DNA of 64,000 bases, taken from NCBI GenBank assembly GCA_050084985.1, contig JBITNC010000001.1:28024001-28088000 (forward strand), written 5' to 3'. Below the pieces are notes generated by a model that searched no databases, was not told the origin of the DNA, and saw only the letters and a program-made list of their open reading frames with translations. A program made the position numbers and the translations under genes. Source of the stretch: Nageia nagi. Lineage: Eukaryota; Plantae; Pinophyta. Below are positions 13,272-26,309 of the stretch, piece after piece (positions within the stretch are counted from its first letter, which is position 1; every line of letters begins with the position of its first letter).

Positions 13272-16200
13272 CTAGGCCAGATATGATCCGATACTAGCGG
13301 AGTACCACTCCTTGCCTGTGAGATCGCATGACTCAATGGTCTCCTCCAAGAACACCACAATTTTCCGCACACCCTTGGAGATCAAACCAACAATGCTACC
13401 ATTCTGCCGGAAATAATCCTCAATTTTCTTCGATGTGGCTTGCATCTGGTGTCTCCAGACGACCATCTACCTCTCATGGATGATGGGATGCCTTGCCTTT
13501 ACCAAGCTGAGATTGTCAACATCAACATGCTCCTGAATTAGATTTTGAGCCTCTGCCCGCCTCCTTTCTAACATTGTTGTCCTCTCCTTGGAACTTGAGT
13601 TGATAAACAAACTCACTCATATGTTCCTCGACCTCCTTTCTCAAGGGGATCCTAATTTTCAGGACTACGTTGCACTTTTTAAGCATGTGGTTCAACCAAT
13701 GGTGATGATAAGTGAACTCATGGCAGTAGGCTAACTTTTTAGATTGTAAGCATAAACATGTTGCAAATGGGAGACGTTGGGAAGGTAAGTATCCAACGTA
13801 CCAACGTGTGCCGAGATACATGCCTTGAGGTCTTTGATTTCGACACCTTCAACAAGGAGCTTGTAGATTTGCAAAGACAATTGATGGCCTCCATCACTTC
13901 CTCCTTAAGTTGCTCCTTCATCAGTTCCCATCCTTCATGGAAGGAAGTCTACCTCTGCAGATCTAAGGGAGTGGTGCTAACTTTCTGGAATTCTTTGATG
14001 ATTTTCCTGCTAGCCATGAGTTCCTTCTTCAACCTCTTCACCTTCTTTTTGGCTTCGCAACCTTCTTGCTCCATGACTACAACATTCTGTGACTATGTGC
14101 TTTCCGACTATCAACCCTAGTTTCACAAGCATCTTGAATGTCTCAATGACACAGTCCTTCGCTCTCTGAGGATGCTTCTCCTTCGAGTAGCAATGGCTAA
14201 TGGACATCTCTTTTCGAGAGGTGCTGACAAAAGTATCAACCCTCCTAATCTTCTCGCCATCCAAAAGTTTGTCTTCCTCATCCTCAATGCATAAGTCCTC
14301 GTCGATGTTCTCATCAAGAGCTGTGCTGATGCTGGGGCTCTAAGACAGGCATCTAGGTCAAGATCAAGGTGTTCGGTTGTTGGCCGAGGGGGAAATCTCT
14401 GAACCAACAATCTTCCTTTATCAATCTTCTTGACTTGTTTTGTTGGAGTGATATGAATTATGGCCATCTCTTTGCCTTGATGCTCCTCCTACTTCATTTT
14501 CTTCTTTTGCTCCTCAGTCTCTCCTTCATCTTCCTCATCTCCTCCATTCATTACTTCGTGGATGGGGGGATCTCTCTTGACTTGTCCTCTTCGAGGAGGG
14601 CTTATGCGAAGAATAGGAAGGCTTCTTCCTATGCTCAGCAAGAGAGGGTTTGGAGGCACCTGCATCTTTGACACATTTTTCTCCAACGCTCTGGACGTCA
14701 TCATCATAAGTACCAACATCCACTATCTCATCATCCGGGATAGTTTCAACTTTTGTTTCATCAGGTGCTGAAGCACCTACAGCTACGTCCTCCTGCTCAG
14801 GAATACTGCTAGCATTATCAACAACATCATCATCTTCTTCTTCTTCTCTTCCGCCATGGCTTTCGGATTCTTCTCCAAAATCTTCCACTGTATGGCCAGG
14901 CTCTTCGTCAATCTCTTCATCAGAAGAAGTGGAACGTTCAGAACTGAAACTAGAACTTGGTTGTAAAGGGGTAACTTTCTTCCTACATCCAGGAGAATGA
15001 GCAAGTTTGGAAGGGACTGCCTTGGTGGGTGAATCACTAGCACAAGCCTCACCCACTACATCAACCAGCACATCTGAGGGTTCTCTCGAAGCCTCTTGCC
15101 TCTTTCCAACAGGAAGCAATGTCTTTCCCGGTAAAAATGTAGTATGAGCAGGAGAAGGAGACTTGATCTTGAAAGAGACCTCTTTAGATCGAGGCTTGGT
15201 AGTTCGAGGTCTTTGAGGGGGCTTTTCTTTCTGGAGGGGAACCTTTTTCTTGCTCAAAACATCTATCCATGCAATCTACCCTTCATCCCGCACATTCCTA
15301 TACCTCTCTTCATTCCCCAGAGGCTTATGCGGAAATGCAATGGGCTTGTGGAATGCTATGTCATAGAAATGTGCAACTATGCCCTTAGGATCATAATTTC
15401 TAACAGTAGCTTCCCTGAAAAAATTGTATTGTTGCAGCTCCTCCTTCATATTGGCTACCTCAACCCATGTCTGGCACACATACTTGGATATGGAGATAGG
15501 CAAATTCATAGTAGCATTCTTCTTCTTCCAAACCTTTTCCTTCAAGAACAGGAACTGTCTGGCAAACTCCATGAGAATCAACCTATCACTGGCATATCTT
15601 AGCAGGTGTAGGGGTTGCTACTCTGATCCATAGACTAATATATGTATGATCAACGTTTTGCAAAAAGAAATCTACATGTACGCTGAAAGCTTGAACAGCC
15701 GCATCAAAAATTCTCTTCACAACGAACTCCCCCTTGATATCTTTGTAGATATCGTATTCACAACAATCAATCCTCTCATAGAAACAATGGAACTTGTTCT
15801 GGTGCCACCACCTCTGGTAAGCTCTCCACACAAGGACGTTCTTCTGCCCCAAGTACCTTTCATCAGCCAACTCCTTGGATCTAACTTTACCATGCAATAA
15901 TAGGTACACAAGATAAAGAGTTCATATAGAATCTTTTTGGGGAGCCAAAATAGGCTAATTGATGGCGTAGGGCATCACTGATTACCCTAGCCCATCGAAT
16001 ATTTTTCCCCGAGCTAATGATTGCAATGAAGCTCGTAAACTCCCTCCTATACTTGGCATCATTTTCCTGACCAATCACCCTTGACAGAAGAGTGATCAAC
16101 TTTGCCACAACAGGCAGAAACTCCTCTCTCCGTGCGCTGATCAGTCTTTGACCTTGAAGGTTTTGATAATCCTCCAGCAACCAAGGCCGGATGTAATCCC

Positions 16201-16679
16201 CAGGTGGAGTTGTGGAATCATGGAACTCCTCAGAATACGCCAATGTGTAATCGTCCCCATATCTTCTCCAGCCGAAGGCTGCTTCAATTCCAGCAGGGGA
16301 AAAATGCATGATCATGTTACCCTCTGTGTCCCACAGGATTCACACTTCCTAGCAACCTCACTACATAGGTTAGGAAAAGGTACTGCAAATGGCATCATAG
16401 CGGCATTGAACAAGCTGCTTGTGTGGATGAGCTCTTCTGATAGGTCCTCTTTGTTGATGGAAGACGTGGAGGCTAACGTCTGGATGTGGTCCAAGTTTCT
16501 CCAATCTGTGTCACCAACAATAATATGTCTCCCCTTGAACTTGGCTTCAGGGAGCTCTAGTCTCTCTTTCTCTTGAAATTCAATCAAGCTTTCTTTCAAA
16601 AGTCAGGTCATCTGGCCTTTAGTTACATGTCTTTCAAACAACCGACCCTCGATGGAGGTGTTCTGATTTCAAAAGCCAT
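13272..16679 (-). pseudogene. Element B accessory ORF (~1,100 codons before decay): globular N-domain, acidic/Ser-Pro linker, coiled-coil C-region
   Basis: Colinear fragments 16312-16599, 15887-16315 (WARVISDALRHQL..FYMNS), 15586-15909, 15276-15581, 14535-15257, 13272-13466; resemblance to plant mobile domain/Transposase_32-type proteins is inferred. Confidence 0.7.
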
Positions 16680-16849
16680 GCAAGAATATAGATTTAGGCT
16701 TGTAGGACACCTAACATACAATAAGAGTTGCTTTCCCTTGTTATATGAGATGCATGGAGGGTGAATCCATGGCAAGGCACATGCTTGCCACTTGTCTTCT
16801 TCTCCTCTCAACTCTTGGCATCCCACACTTGACCCGTTTCAGCTTACAA

Positions 16850-18200
16850 TCCTAAGCGCATAGTTCTTGATGAGTGCAAAAGCACAACTTGAAAAGCATG
16901 CGACTAGGCCTAGGGTCAGTCAAATTTAAGAACATCCTTCTTCACCTCAATTTTGGGCGCATGGATCTGGATGAGTGCTTGAGCACAACCTCGAAAGCAT
17001 GCGACTAGGCTTACGGACAAGACTAAAATGCCTTAGCCCAAAAAAGGCTACTGGGTGCACAACGTCCCACAAAACCTCTCCTCTTATTGGTCGCACAGTT
17101 TGGAATGAGTGCAAAAGCATGCATGGGAAATGGTGCGACTGGAAAAGGGGTGGTAAAATCTGAAGTGAAGTGGTTGAAATGACTAAGGGGTGAGGTGATA
17201 TTTATAAATTCCTGCACTGCAACATGTCACCTTTGAGTTGGTCAAATTTGGGGTCAAATGATCGAACAAGAACAAGGGCGCATGGATTTTGATGGGTTCA
17301 AAAGCACATGATGAAAAGCATGCGACTAGTTCAAAAGGGTGTTTTTCTCCCTTAGTCCCACGCTCTACTCCGGCCAAGTTTACAAACTGATTTAATGGGG
17401 CTGACTTCCTTTTTATAGCCCTCCGGGTAGGACAGGTGTCGCCATGTGAGAGGTGCGGAAGAAGGCCCAATGCATGAGTTCCCACTTGTCAACAAACAAG
17501 GCCTACCACTTAGCCAATTTTCCCTTCATGGATTTGGTCGCATGGTTTCGGATGGGTGCAAAAGGACTCATTCAAAAATGAGCGACAAGCCTTGGTTGCT
17601 CCGAAAATGGCTAAGTCCTTTTCCTTCTTGTCGCATGGATCTAGATGGGTGCGAAAGGACCTATTCAAATGCACGCAACTACCTTTTGTGACTTCAAGAA
17701 AATGACTAAGTATCATACTCATCTTGGTCGCCCCTTTTTGAGTGAGTGAGTGAGTGCAAAAGGACTCACTCAAAAATGTGCAACAACTCTTCATAGTCCC
17801 CAAACTGGCTAAGTATGAGCTTTTTCTTCCTGGTCACACTGTTTTAGGCAAGTGCAAAAGGACTCACTCGAAAACGTGCAACAACCTTCCATGCAACAAA
17901 AAAATGCTAAGTATGAAGGGGCATTCACCTTGGTCACATCCTTTTGAATGAGTGCAGAAAGGACTTGATGAAAAAAGCATGCGACAAGCTGAAAAGACCT
18001 AATTTTTCCTTGTATTTTGACTAAAATGATACACACATGAAATGCAAAAGAAAGGGTGACGAATCCCTGTAGGATGAAGACCTCCAAAGTGCCATTCTCC
18101 AACATGAAATGCAAGTGAATGATGAAAACACTGAAAGAGACTCGTCGCATGGTTGTAGTGCAAAAGCACTCACTGGAAAACATGCGACAAGCTGAAGTAT
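16850..18200. repeat. Degenerate tandem array (~110-125-bp units) upstream of the element B ORF
   Basis: Recurring GAGTGCAAAAG(G/C)AC, AAAGCATGCGAC(T/A)AG and CGCATGGAT motifs. Confidence 0.7.
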
Positions 18201-18859
18201 GCAAGTGTCTCGACTTGACCATGATAATGCAATTAAAACATGTTTCCTAGAGCTACACCAAACATATGAATTCCCTTTTGATAAATTTCTTCCATCCACT
18301 TCTATTTGTTACCATTTCAAGGGTCCTCAAAATGCAGAAATTTTGGGGGGTGTTGTGCCTAGAAGCCCCACAAACCCCAATGATGGTGCCTAGAGGTCAC
18401 TCCAAACCCAACGTGGGTATTTGGGCCTCCCTTACGCTCCACGTGGGTCCTCAAACTCAATGCGGGTCTTAGAGGGCATGCATGGATCAAGGAGGCATGA
18501 GTGGGTGTTTAGAAGGCATGCGTGGGTGTCATGGGTCAATGTGGGGGTCTAGGAGTCTCCCCAAGGTTGGCGAATGTGTACAAGTGCTCCCAATATCAAT
18601 GTTGGAGCTAATCTCCAAGTACATTAATTCACATTAAATCAAACTAATCTACACTTGGGAGGGAGACATCCCACTTGGGGCTCACAGTGGGGTCCAACGG
18701 CCCATTATGTCTTCTATCCCAAGTAATACAACTAAAGCTCAATTAAATGAATAAATATATACAAGAGGGAATTCGTTGGATTCTAGAATTAATTATATTT
18801 TGTGAAAGGGGACGTCACAAAGCCTCCTCTCTCCTCAAGCAATTCAATGTTGGATGTGC

Positions 18860-21450
18860 AAGTATCTCTGCTCCTTCTCATGTTGAGTCTTCATCAGGCA
18901 AGTCCTTCCATTTGATCAAGTATTCTTGAATCTGTCTTGATCTTAACTTCTTCACCCGAGTCTCCAACACCTTCTCTGGAATCAAAACCAACCAACCCTC
19001 ATCATCAAGCAGTGGGAGTGTGGTAGATGAAACATCTTGCCTTCTTCAGGAGTGACACATGGAAGGTGTTGCGGATCTTGCTCTCCTTGGGCAGCTCCAA
19101 CTCATAAGCACTCTCTCCAACCTTGTGCAGGATCTTGTATGGCCAAAAGAATTTGGACTGTAACTTCTCAGCTCTCTTCTTCTTGAATGTGGATTGTCAG
19201 AATGGCCGCAATCTTAAGTACACCATCTCCCCTACCTCAAAGGTTCTTTCCGTCCTCTTCTAATCATAGTACATCTTTTGGTGATTTTAGCCATCTACAA
19301 ATTCTCCTTTAGAGCTCTCATGATATCCTGATATTCCTACAAGAAATCCTTAGCTTTTGGAACCTTTCCTTCATAAAAAACCAAATCTGTGAAGTTAGGA
19401 GGATCATAACCATACAAAGCTTTGAAAGGAGACATTTTATAGACAAATGGTAAGTGGAATTGTAGCAATACTTGTGGAGCCACTTGACCCACGTTTGTTG
19501 ATGGCCTGTCACATAGTGCCTTAAGTACCCCTTCACCCATCTACTCACCATTTCTATTTTCCCATCCATTTGGGGGTGGTAGCTAGTGCTTGGGGTTAGA
19601 TTGGTGCCACTCAATCTGAACAACTCTTGCTAAAACATTCTCACGAACTTCTTGTCCCTATCACTTACAATCCTCCTTGGCAACCATGCAATTTGAAGAC
19701 CTCTTTGAAGAATAAATCAGCCAACTATGTTGTTGTATATGTGATAGTAATGGCAAAGAAATGGGTAAATTTAGTGAGCCTATCTACTATCACAAAGATA
19801 CAATCTTTACCTTGCACCTTTGGAAAACCAATGATGAAATCCATGGAGATGTCTTCCCACTTCTATTGTGGAATGGGCAATGGCTGAAGTAACCTTGCTG
19901 GTTTTACATTCTATTCTTTGTTTTCTTGGCACTGTACACACTCCCAGACATGCCTCAAAACGTCTTGCTTAAGCCCTTTCCATGTGAACCTCTCTCTTGT
20001 TGCCTTATTTTTTTTTGTAATACCTAGATGACCTGCAAGAGGAATATTATGCAAAGCATGGAGCACCTTCTCATTCATTTCCAAGTTAGAGGTCAAGAAT
20101 ATTCTATTTCACTTCAAAATCAACCCTTCCCTAGTCGTGTACCTCTTGTTTCTTACAGTCCCATCTAAGATGCTTTGAGCAAATTCATCTTTAGTGTCTT
20201 TAGCCATTATAATTTTTTTTCAATCAGCAGTAATAAAGGAAAGAGAGGAAAAGGATGGGTTCCTAGACAACGCATCAGCAATTGTATTCTTCTTTCCCTT
20301 AATGTACTGAATCTCAAAATCAAAGGATTGAAATTTACTCTTGATGATGAACGGACCACAAACTAGATACTACTTGAACCTCTCCAATGCATGCATGATG
20401 GCCAACATCTCCTTATCATACATGCTGAAATTTTGTTTTGCACTTGTCAATTTCCTTCTCTCAAATGCTATTGGCTGTCCTTTTTGCATGAGTACAGCCG
20501 CAACGCCAAGCTTAGATTCATCACACTCAACAGTAAAAGGGACTGAAAAATCAGGAATTGCCAAACAAGGACAGGAACACATAACCTTCTTGAGTGTCTC
20601 AAAGGCCTCTTGAACACTTTCACCCTATACAAATGCATCCTTCTTGATCAACTGCGTTAGGGGGCAGCCAAGTGTGAGAAACCATGAATGAACCTCCTAT
20701 AATAATTGCACAATCCCAAAAATCTTCTTAGTTGCGTCAAGGTGGTAGGCACTGACCAATCCTGGATAGCTACAATCTTACTCATCAACTCTAACCCCCT
20801 CATGGCTGATTACATGACCAAGATACAAGATTTCAGTCATGGCAAACTCACATTTGGATTGCTTGGCATAGAACTTTTGCTCCTGCAGTGTGCCCAAAAC
20901 GTGATCCAAGTGTTGGAGGTGCTCTCCCACGTTTTGCTATATACCAAGATATCATCAAAGAAGATAAGCACAAACTTCCTCAACAGCTCTCTGAAAACCT
21001 GATTCATGGCTAGCTGAAAAGTGGCTGGTGCATTAGTTAACCTGAATGGCATCACCAAAAACTCAAAGTGACAATAATGGCATCTATATGTCGTCTTGTG
21101 AATATCCTCCTCCTTCATCCTTATTTGATGATATCCAGATCTCAAATCAATTTTTGAGAAGTACCTAGCACCATGCAATTTATCAATGAGATCATCTACT
21201 CTAGGAATGGGATACCTGTTCTTGATGGTCTTCTTATTAAGCAGGCAGTAGTCAATGCAAATCTGCATGGTCCCGTCCTTCTTGACCAGCACTACGAAAG
21301 AGGCAAAGGGATTATAGCTTTGGCCATATGAATCCCATGTCCAAAATCTCCTTAATGGTCTTCTCTATTGCATCCTTGTTAACTTTTGGATGCCAATAGG
21401 GAGTAATCATGACGGGCGGTAGCCCTCTTGACATGTCTCCAAAAACATCT
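18860..21450 (-). pseudogene. pol pseudogene (RT-RNaseH-INT-chromodomain) of element A
   Basis: ORF fragments 20837-21292, 20370-20582, 19911-20096, 19318-19623, with stops and frameshifts. Confidence 0.9.
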
Positions 21451-24322
21451 AGGTATTAGTCCAAGATATGTTGGACCTCAACTGGTAGCTCCTTGGCTTC
21501 CCCAAAATGCAACATGGGGTCTTCCTTGGCCAAAGTAAAAATGCAGCCCCACTCCATCTCCTCCTTTGGGACGATGGAACTCATCTTCTTGTCCGATACA
21601 ATCTGAGCAATGGCCTCCAATCTACTACTGACGACTACAAATTTAATTAACAACTTCCACTCAACCGAATCTCTAAACATCTCTTGGTCGTCCAGATCCA
21701 GGCGTTTGGGTCCTGGCTGGCTCCCCCCCTCCAATGTTGGATTTCCTCCATGCCAGCACTCCATAACCCAAAAGGTCTTGATACAACTAGCAAGTGATGT
21801 CTCTTTGGAACTCTTTGGTAGTTCCTCGGTAAATCTAGAGCAAGATTTCAATCTTTGGTAGAGTCTTGTGTGGAGGAACAAATCTGGGCTCCCATGTCTA
21901 CCCTCTCTTCTTGCACATCTTCTCCTCATGTCATTCACTCAAAAACCACAAGAGCCTCTCCCTTTCCTCCTAAGGGATCTTGTTATATTCGAATTTCTGA
22001 AGGAGTTGGCAGAAAACCACCCTTTTGACTTTGAACTTCTTTACTTTAGCTGTAGATCTGGCTTCCATTTCCTTAGGCAGCAAGATCTTCAACTTTGATA
22101 CCACTATAGAATCCCAATCACAAATTCAAGCGAAATTAAGCCAATTCAATCAAACAAGCACCCACGTCTGACCTAGGGAATCCAATTACAGTTCAAACAA
22201 TGCAATAATGCCAACGTATGGTCTAGAAGAGCGATTACAACCATAAACCACTTTACAATGCCAACGTCTGGTTTATACAATCATGGAAGTATAAAAGTAA
22301 CCCAACAATGCAAATATGGAAGTAAACACAATACAAAATAGAGATCCAAATGCCCAACGGCTGTATTAATGATATGAAGTGACAACAATACAATACTAGG
22401 CCCAAAAGGGCTCAACGTTGGCATCCAAGGAGCCAACTAGGGCACAATGCCCACACAGATGTGATCAATACTGGAATGGTGGAACACTAGTTAGGACAGC
22501 CTCACTACCTCAAACTTGGATGATTTGCTGCAGAACACCCACAACCTAGAAACCACTGAAGATAGGAATGCGACCTTGGAATGCCACCAGATGGACTAAG
22601 ATGTTGCACCTTAGCCATAGATCAACAAGATCCCTCAGCATGTTAACCCTCCTAGATGCTGCAACTAGGGATGTGCTTGACGTTGCACCAAGACTTGTGT
22701 CCACTGGATGGTATAAGCAATAATAATAATTTAGCATCTCCAACAATGATGCTCCAAGGCCTAATATAGCTCACCCTGGATTTGGATCTCACCTCAGAGT
22801 CATCACCCAACCTTTCTAGTCCAACATTGGCTTCATAAAAGCCCCACAAACCCCAACAACGGTGCCTAGGGGTCACTCCAAGCCCAACATAGGTATCTGG
22901 GCCTCCCTTATGCTCCATCTGGGTCCTCAAGCTCAACATGAGTCTTAGAAGGCATGTGTGGATGAAGGAGGCACGTGTGGGTGTCTAGAAGGCATGTGTG
23001 GATGAAGGAGGCATGCGTGGGTGTCTAGAAGGCATGTGTGGGTGTCTAGAAGGCATGTGTGGGTGTCATGGGCCAACGTGGGGGTCTAGGAGTCTCCCCA
23101 AGGTTGGCGCATGTGTACAATCACTTTTCAGGATCTCCAAGTACATTAAATCACTCTAATCTACACTTGGGAGGGAGATGTCCCACTTGGGGCTCACAAT
23201 GGGGTCCAACGATCCATTATGTCTTGTATCCCAAGTAATACAACTAAACCTCAATTAAATAAATATATATATACAAAGGCTAAACCGTTGGATTCTAGAA
23301 TTAATTACATTTTGCTAAAGGGGACGTCACACTTGCACAAACCGCCATTCCATTAAGACAAACAATGAACATGAAAGGCAAGGAAAATATCACAATAAAG
23401 ATATAGAACTATAAAATAGGAGATAAGGAAACCCCATAGGCCATTTCAATATAACATTAAAGTATACTCAAATAAAATGATCAAGATACAAGTGATTGGT
23501 AGAATGATTGAGAGTTCTCCTTTTAATAGGTAGACAAAATCCGAGCTCATCTTGAAACTTCAATGTTAATCAAGGTTAACTAACAAATCCTAAAAGAAAT
23601 TTAGTAGAAAATATCACGAAAGATGTGTTCTCCATAACTTAAGGTCACTTTAGACTGACAATATAACAAATTACAACATTCAGTAGGCAATACTGTATTC
23701 CAACTATTATCATCTATAAAGATAGTTAAAAAAAAATGTTTTATATAGAATAGAAATAAAATATTAACACACATTTGATGAAGGTACTAGCAAATTGATT
23801 ATATTGGAATCTCTAATAAAGCCAGATAGCTCTACATGTTCTCTTGTTAATCATCCATTTATAGTCTTTTAACACTCCCATAATTGCAGCTCAAATTTAT
23901 CCCTGATGAAATTTCAGTAATTAAATACAAGCATTTCATTTTCCCTGCTCTCTATGTAGTTTGCATCTTGTGTTAAATAATCAAGAAGATATTTCAATTG
24001 CTTTAGCTCTGTTATTGCATTCAATTGTGCAGAGCATCTCTTTGTTCTTGCTAGTTAGGTGCTACGTCAACAATCTATTGACTTTTTATTAGTTACTACC
24101 GAAAACTAAAATATTTCACATATTTACATTCCCAATCATCCAAATACTACAAGTGTGACAGGTTAAGGGTATTCAGTACTCAGCTTGAAATTGAGATCCC
24201 AGAGGCATAATGTCAATGTGCTGCAATATAGATGAATTAAACAAAAATTGAACAGACAAGAATAAACCTACTGTTTACTATACTAATCTCCTGGGTTACA
24301 TGAATAATGAAAGCATACATAC

Positions 24323-24514
24323 CTCATCTTGCGAGAGGACATCATGTTCACCAGAACGTGGTGATGTCACAAGCAAGTTGTCTTGCCATTTACTTGCACG
24401 ACCTTGCACCTTGAGCTGCCAATCTGCTCCAACCAAGGCCAAGTCCAAATTTGGGTCCAAACCTTGATCAGGTTCAAACTTTGCTCTATTGAGGTGATCT
24501 CTCTTGAGTCTCAC
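24323..24514 (-). CDS. TIC236: TIC236 exon, 192 nt
   Basis: VRLKRDHLNRAKFEPDQGLDPNLDLALVG...LSQDE; ttcag / GTATGT, phase 0/0. Confidence 0.95.
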
Positions 24515-24634
24515 CTGAAAAGAGACGAATGTATTGATACTTGTTTACCAGGTAAGTCATACAAGCTATATCCTAATTTCATTGATCAATAACGTGATTG
24601 TTTTTTTAAATAGACTCTAGTAATGGATACTTAC

Positions 24635-24873
24635 TTGAGTAGCAAGTAGTGTTACATCTCCATCTTCAAATGTAAGAGTTCCCTTGGGTTTGATCCTTTT
24701 TGGATCAGCCAAGCCATTGAGCTCAAGTTCACCACTCACTGCAAAGTTCAGAATCAAAGGATAAACAATGCGCAACTCAGGTCCAAGGACAAGCTTGAGC
24801 CCTCTCAAGTGGATAGCTATTTGTGGCTTACTTTTACGTTGATCCTTTGCAGTCTCAGCTGTTTCTTGTGTAT
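24635..24873 (-). CDS. TIC236: TIC236 exon, 239 nt
   Basis: LKLVLGPELRIVYPLILNFAVSGELELNG...LLATQ; tacag / GTAAGT, phase 1/0. Confidence 0.95.
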
Positions 24874-26309
24874 CTGTAAATAGGTACAATAAAATTTCAC
24901 TTCAAACAAAACAGACTTTGTAAGAATAGAAAGAGAAAAGTTTAGATAAAAATTAGAAACAGAGAACAGTTTTAATTATCCATGTTATGATGCAAGAAAA
25001 CGATTCATCAAATTATATGTAATGATTTCTCTTGGGTTCTGGAAAATTTGAAATCAATGTCAACCAAACCAACCAACAGCAAAACACCTTTAGGAATGCA
25101 TTGCTATGAAGCGTTGGAAAGAAAAACTATAGTGGATATTCTCAAGAATCGCAAAACCATTTACATGAACATAAATGATATTAATTTGAGTTCCAGCTTG
25201 AAAACAGTCGAAAAGAGTAATTGTACTCTACTGCAATAGCATTATAACAGTCATTCTAGTGAATTCCTTAAAAAGGAATATAACAAGGAATTAATATGAC
25301 TCCTTTGTTCGCAGATTACCAGCTCAAATCTCTTTACATGTATGCTAAAGTACCAGCTCAAGTACAAAATAATAAAATACTAAATAATCGTAAAAGGGGC
25401 TCTAAAACTAGTAGGAAACTCAGTAAAAATAAAGGTAAACAAACTATATCATCTAACATATACAATACAATCTATATTTAATAAACATGTGAGAATCCCT
25501 GAAAGTCATGGTTGCATGGATGCTGCATCGGATATGGATAATGTTCAGGATATGGACAATTTGTAAGCCATATGTATCTATACAAAGCAAATGTATTTTA
25601 TACATTAAAAAATTAACATAGAACAAAACAACTATTCTCAAGTACAAGTTGTATGCCATATTTTCATTAATTACAAGTAGTATAAACTTTTCTTAGGTTG
25701 TTCTGATTATTTTTTAACTGTATTCCCTATTTCAAAGCCAATTTAACATTTGTTCTTTCCTTTAATCTCATGTTATTGATAAGGCTTCTACAACATGAAC
25801 TGTATTCAGATGTATTTAATGCAGCATAAGTATGACCACATTTGCCCACATCTGAATATTATCCAGATGTATTTAATACAGCGTGGATATGACCACACAT
25901 TTGGATATCCCAGGTATGGTATCCAGGCTGTATCCATGCAGTAACATATCCATTTCTGTATTTGATACATGCATGCAAGTGTTTGGACAATGGGAAAGGC
26001 ATATCCAGCACCTTCGCTGAAAAATTAATTAAAGGCAAACTTGGATCTGGATCTATAGTCTATAACATCTTGAAATAATGGAAAGTGGCAGCCAAATTAC
26101 CATCATCAAACACCTTAAAAGAGCTGATACTAGACAAAATGGAAAAAAAAAAAAACATTTATTCGTTTTGAGGAATGATTTAAATTTCTTAGTGACAAAA
26201 TAAGCATTTGATACAAATCAACATGCAGGCTAATAGCACTTCAGTCCAAGTCCAAAGCCTTCAAGATTTAATACAACAAAATATGATAAAAGGCCCTTCA
26301 AACCATAGT

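Larger units (their letters stand above)
11855..18357 (-). mobile_element. Element B: 6.5-kb insertion with LTR-type termini, no gag/pol, one long decayed accessory ORF
   Basis: CCTAG duplicated at 11850-11854 and 18358-18362 in an LTR that reads ...TTTCTAGAAGCCCC in the uninterrupted 50.99-kb copy; begins TGTTGG; ends GGGGGGTGTTGTG. Confidence 0.85.
11149..23331 (-). mobile_element. Ty3/Gypsy chromovirus (element A), decayed and gag/protease-deleted
   Basis: 5' LTR 22105-23331; 3' LTR 11149-18819 split by element B; tRNA-iMet-like PBS TGGTATCAAAGT (22092-22103); PPT GAGGAGAGAGGAGG (~18823-18836); RT ([25 protein letters not shown]), RNaseH, integrase, chromodomain EYLIKWKDLPDEDST; flanks only partly match (CTTCT/CTTGC). 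Confidence 0.92.

Noticed and set aside
14535-15257. 240-aa ORF (and the 228-aa ORF at 30564-31250) as standalone host genes
   Set aside because: Low-complexity linker portions of the decayed TE accessory ORFs
18321-18362. Hairpin followed by CTAG as a Helitron 3' end
   Set aside because: The CTAG is part of the duplicated target site; the other motif copies lack it and Helitrons make no TSD
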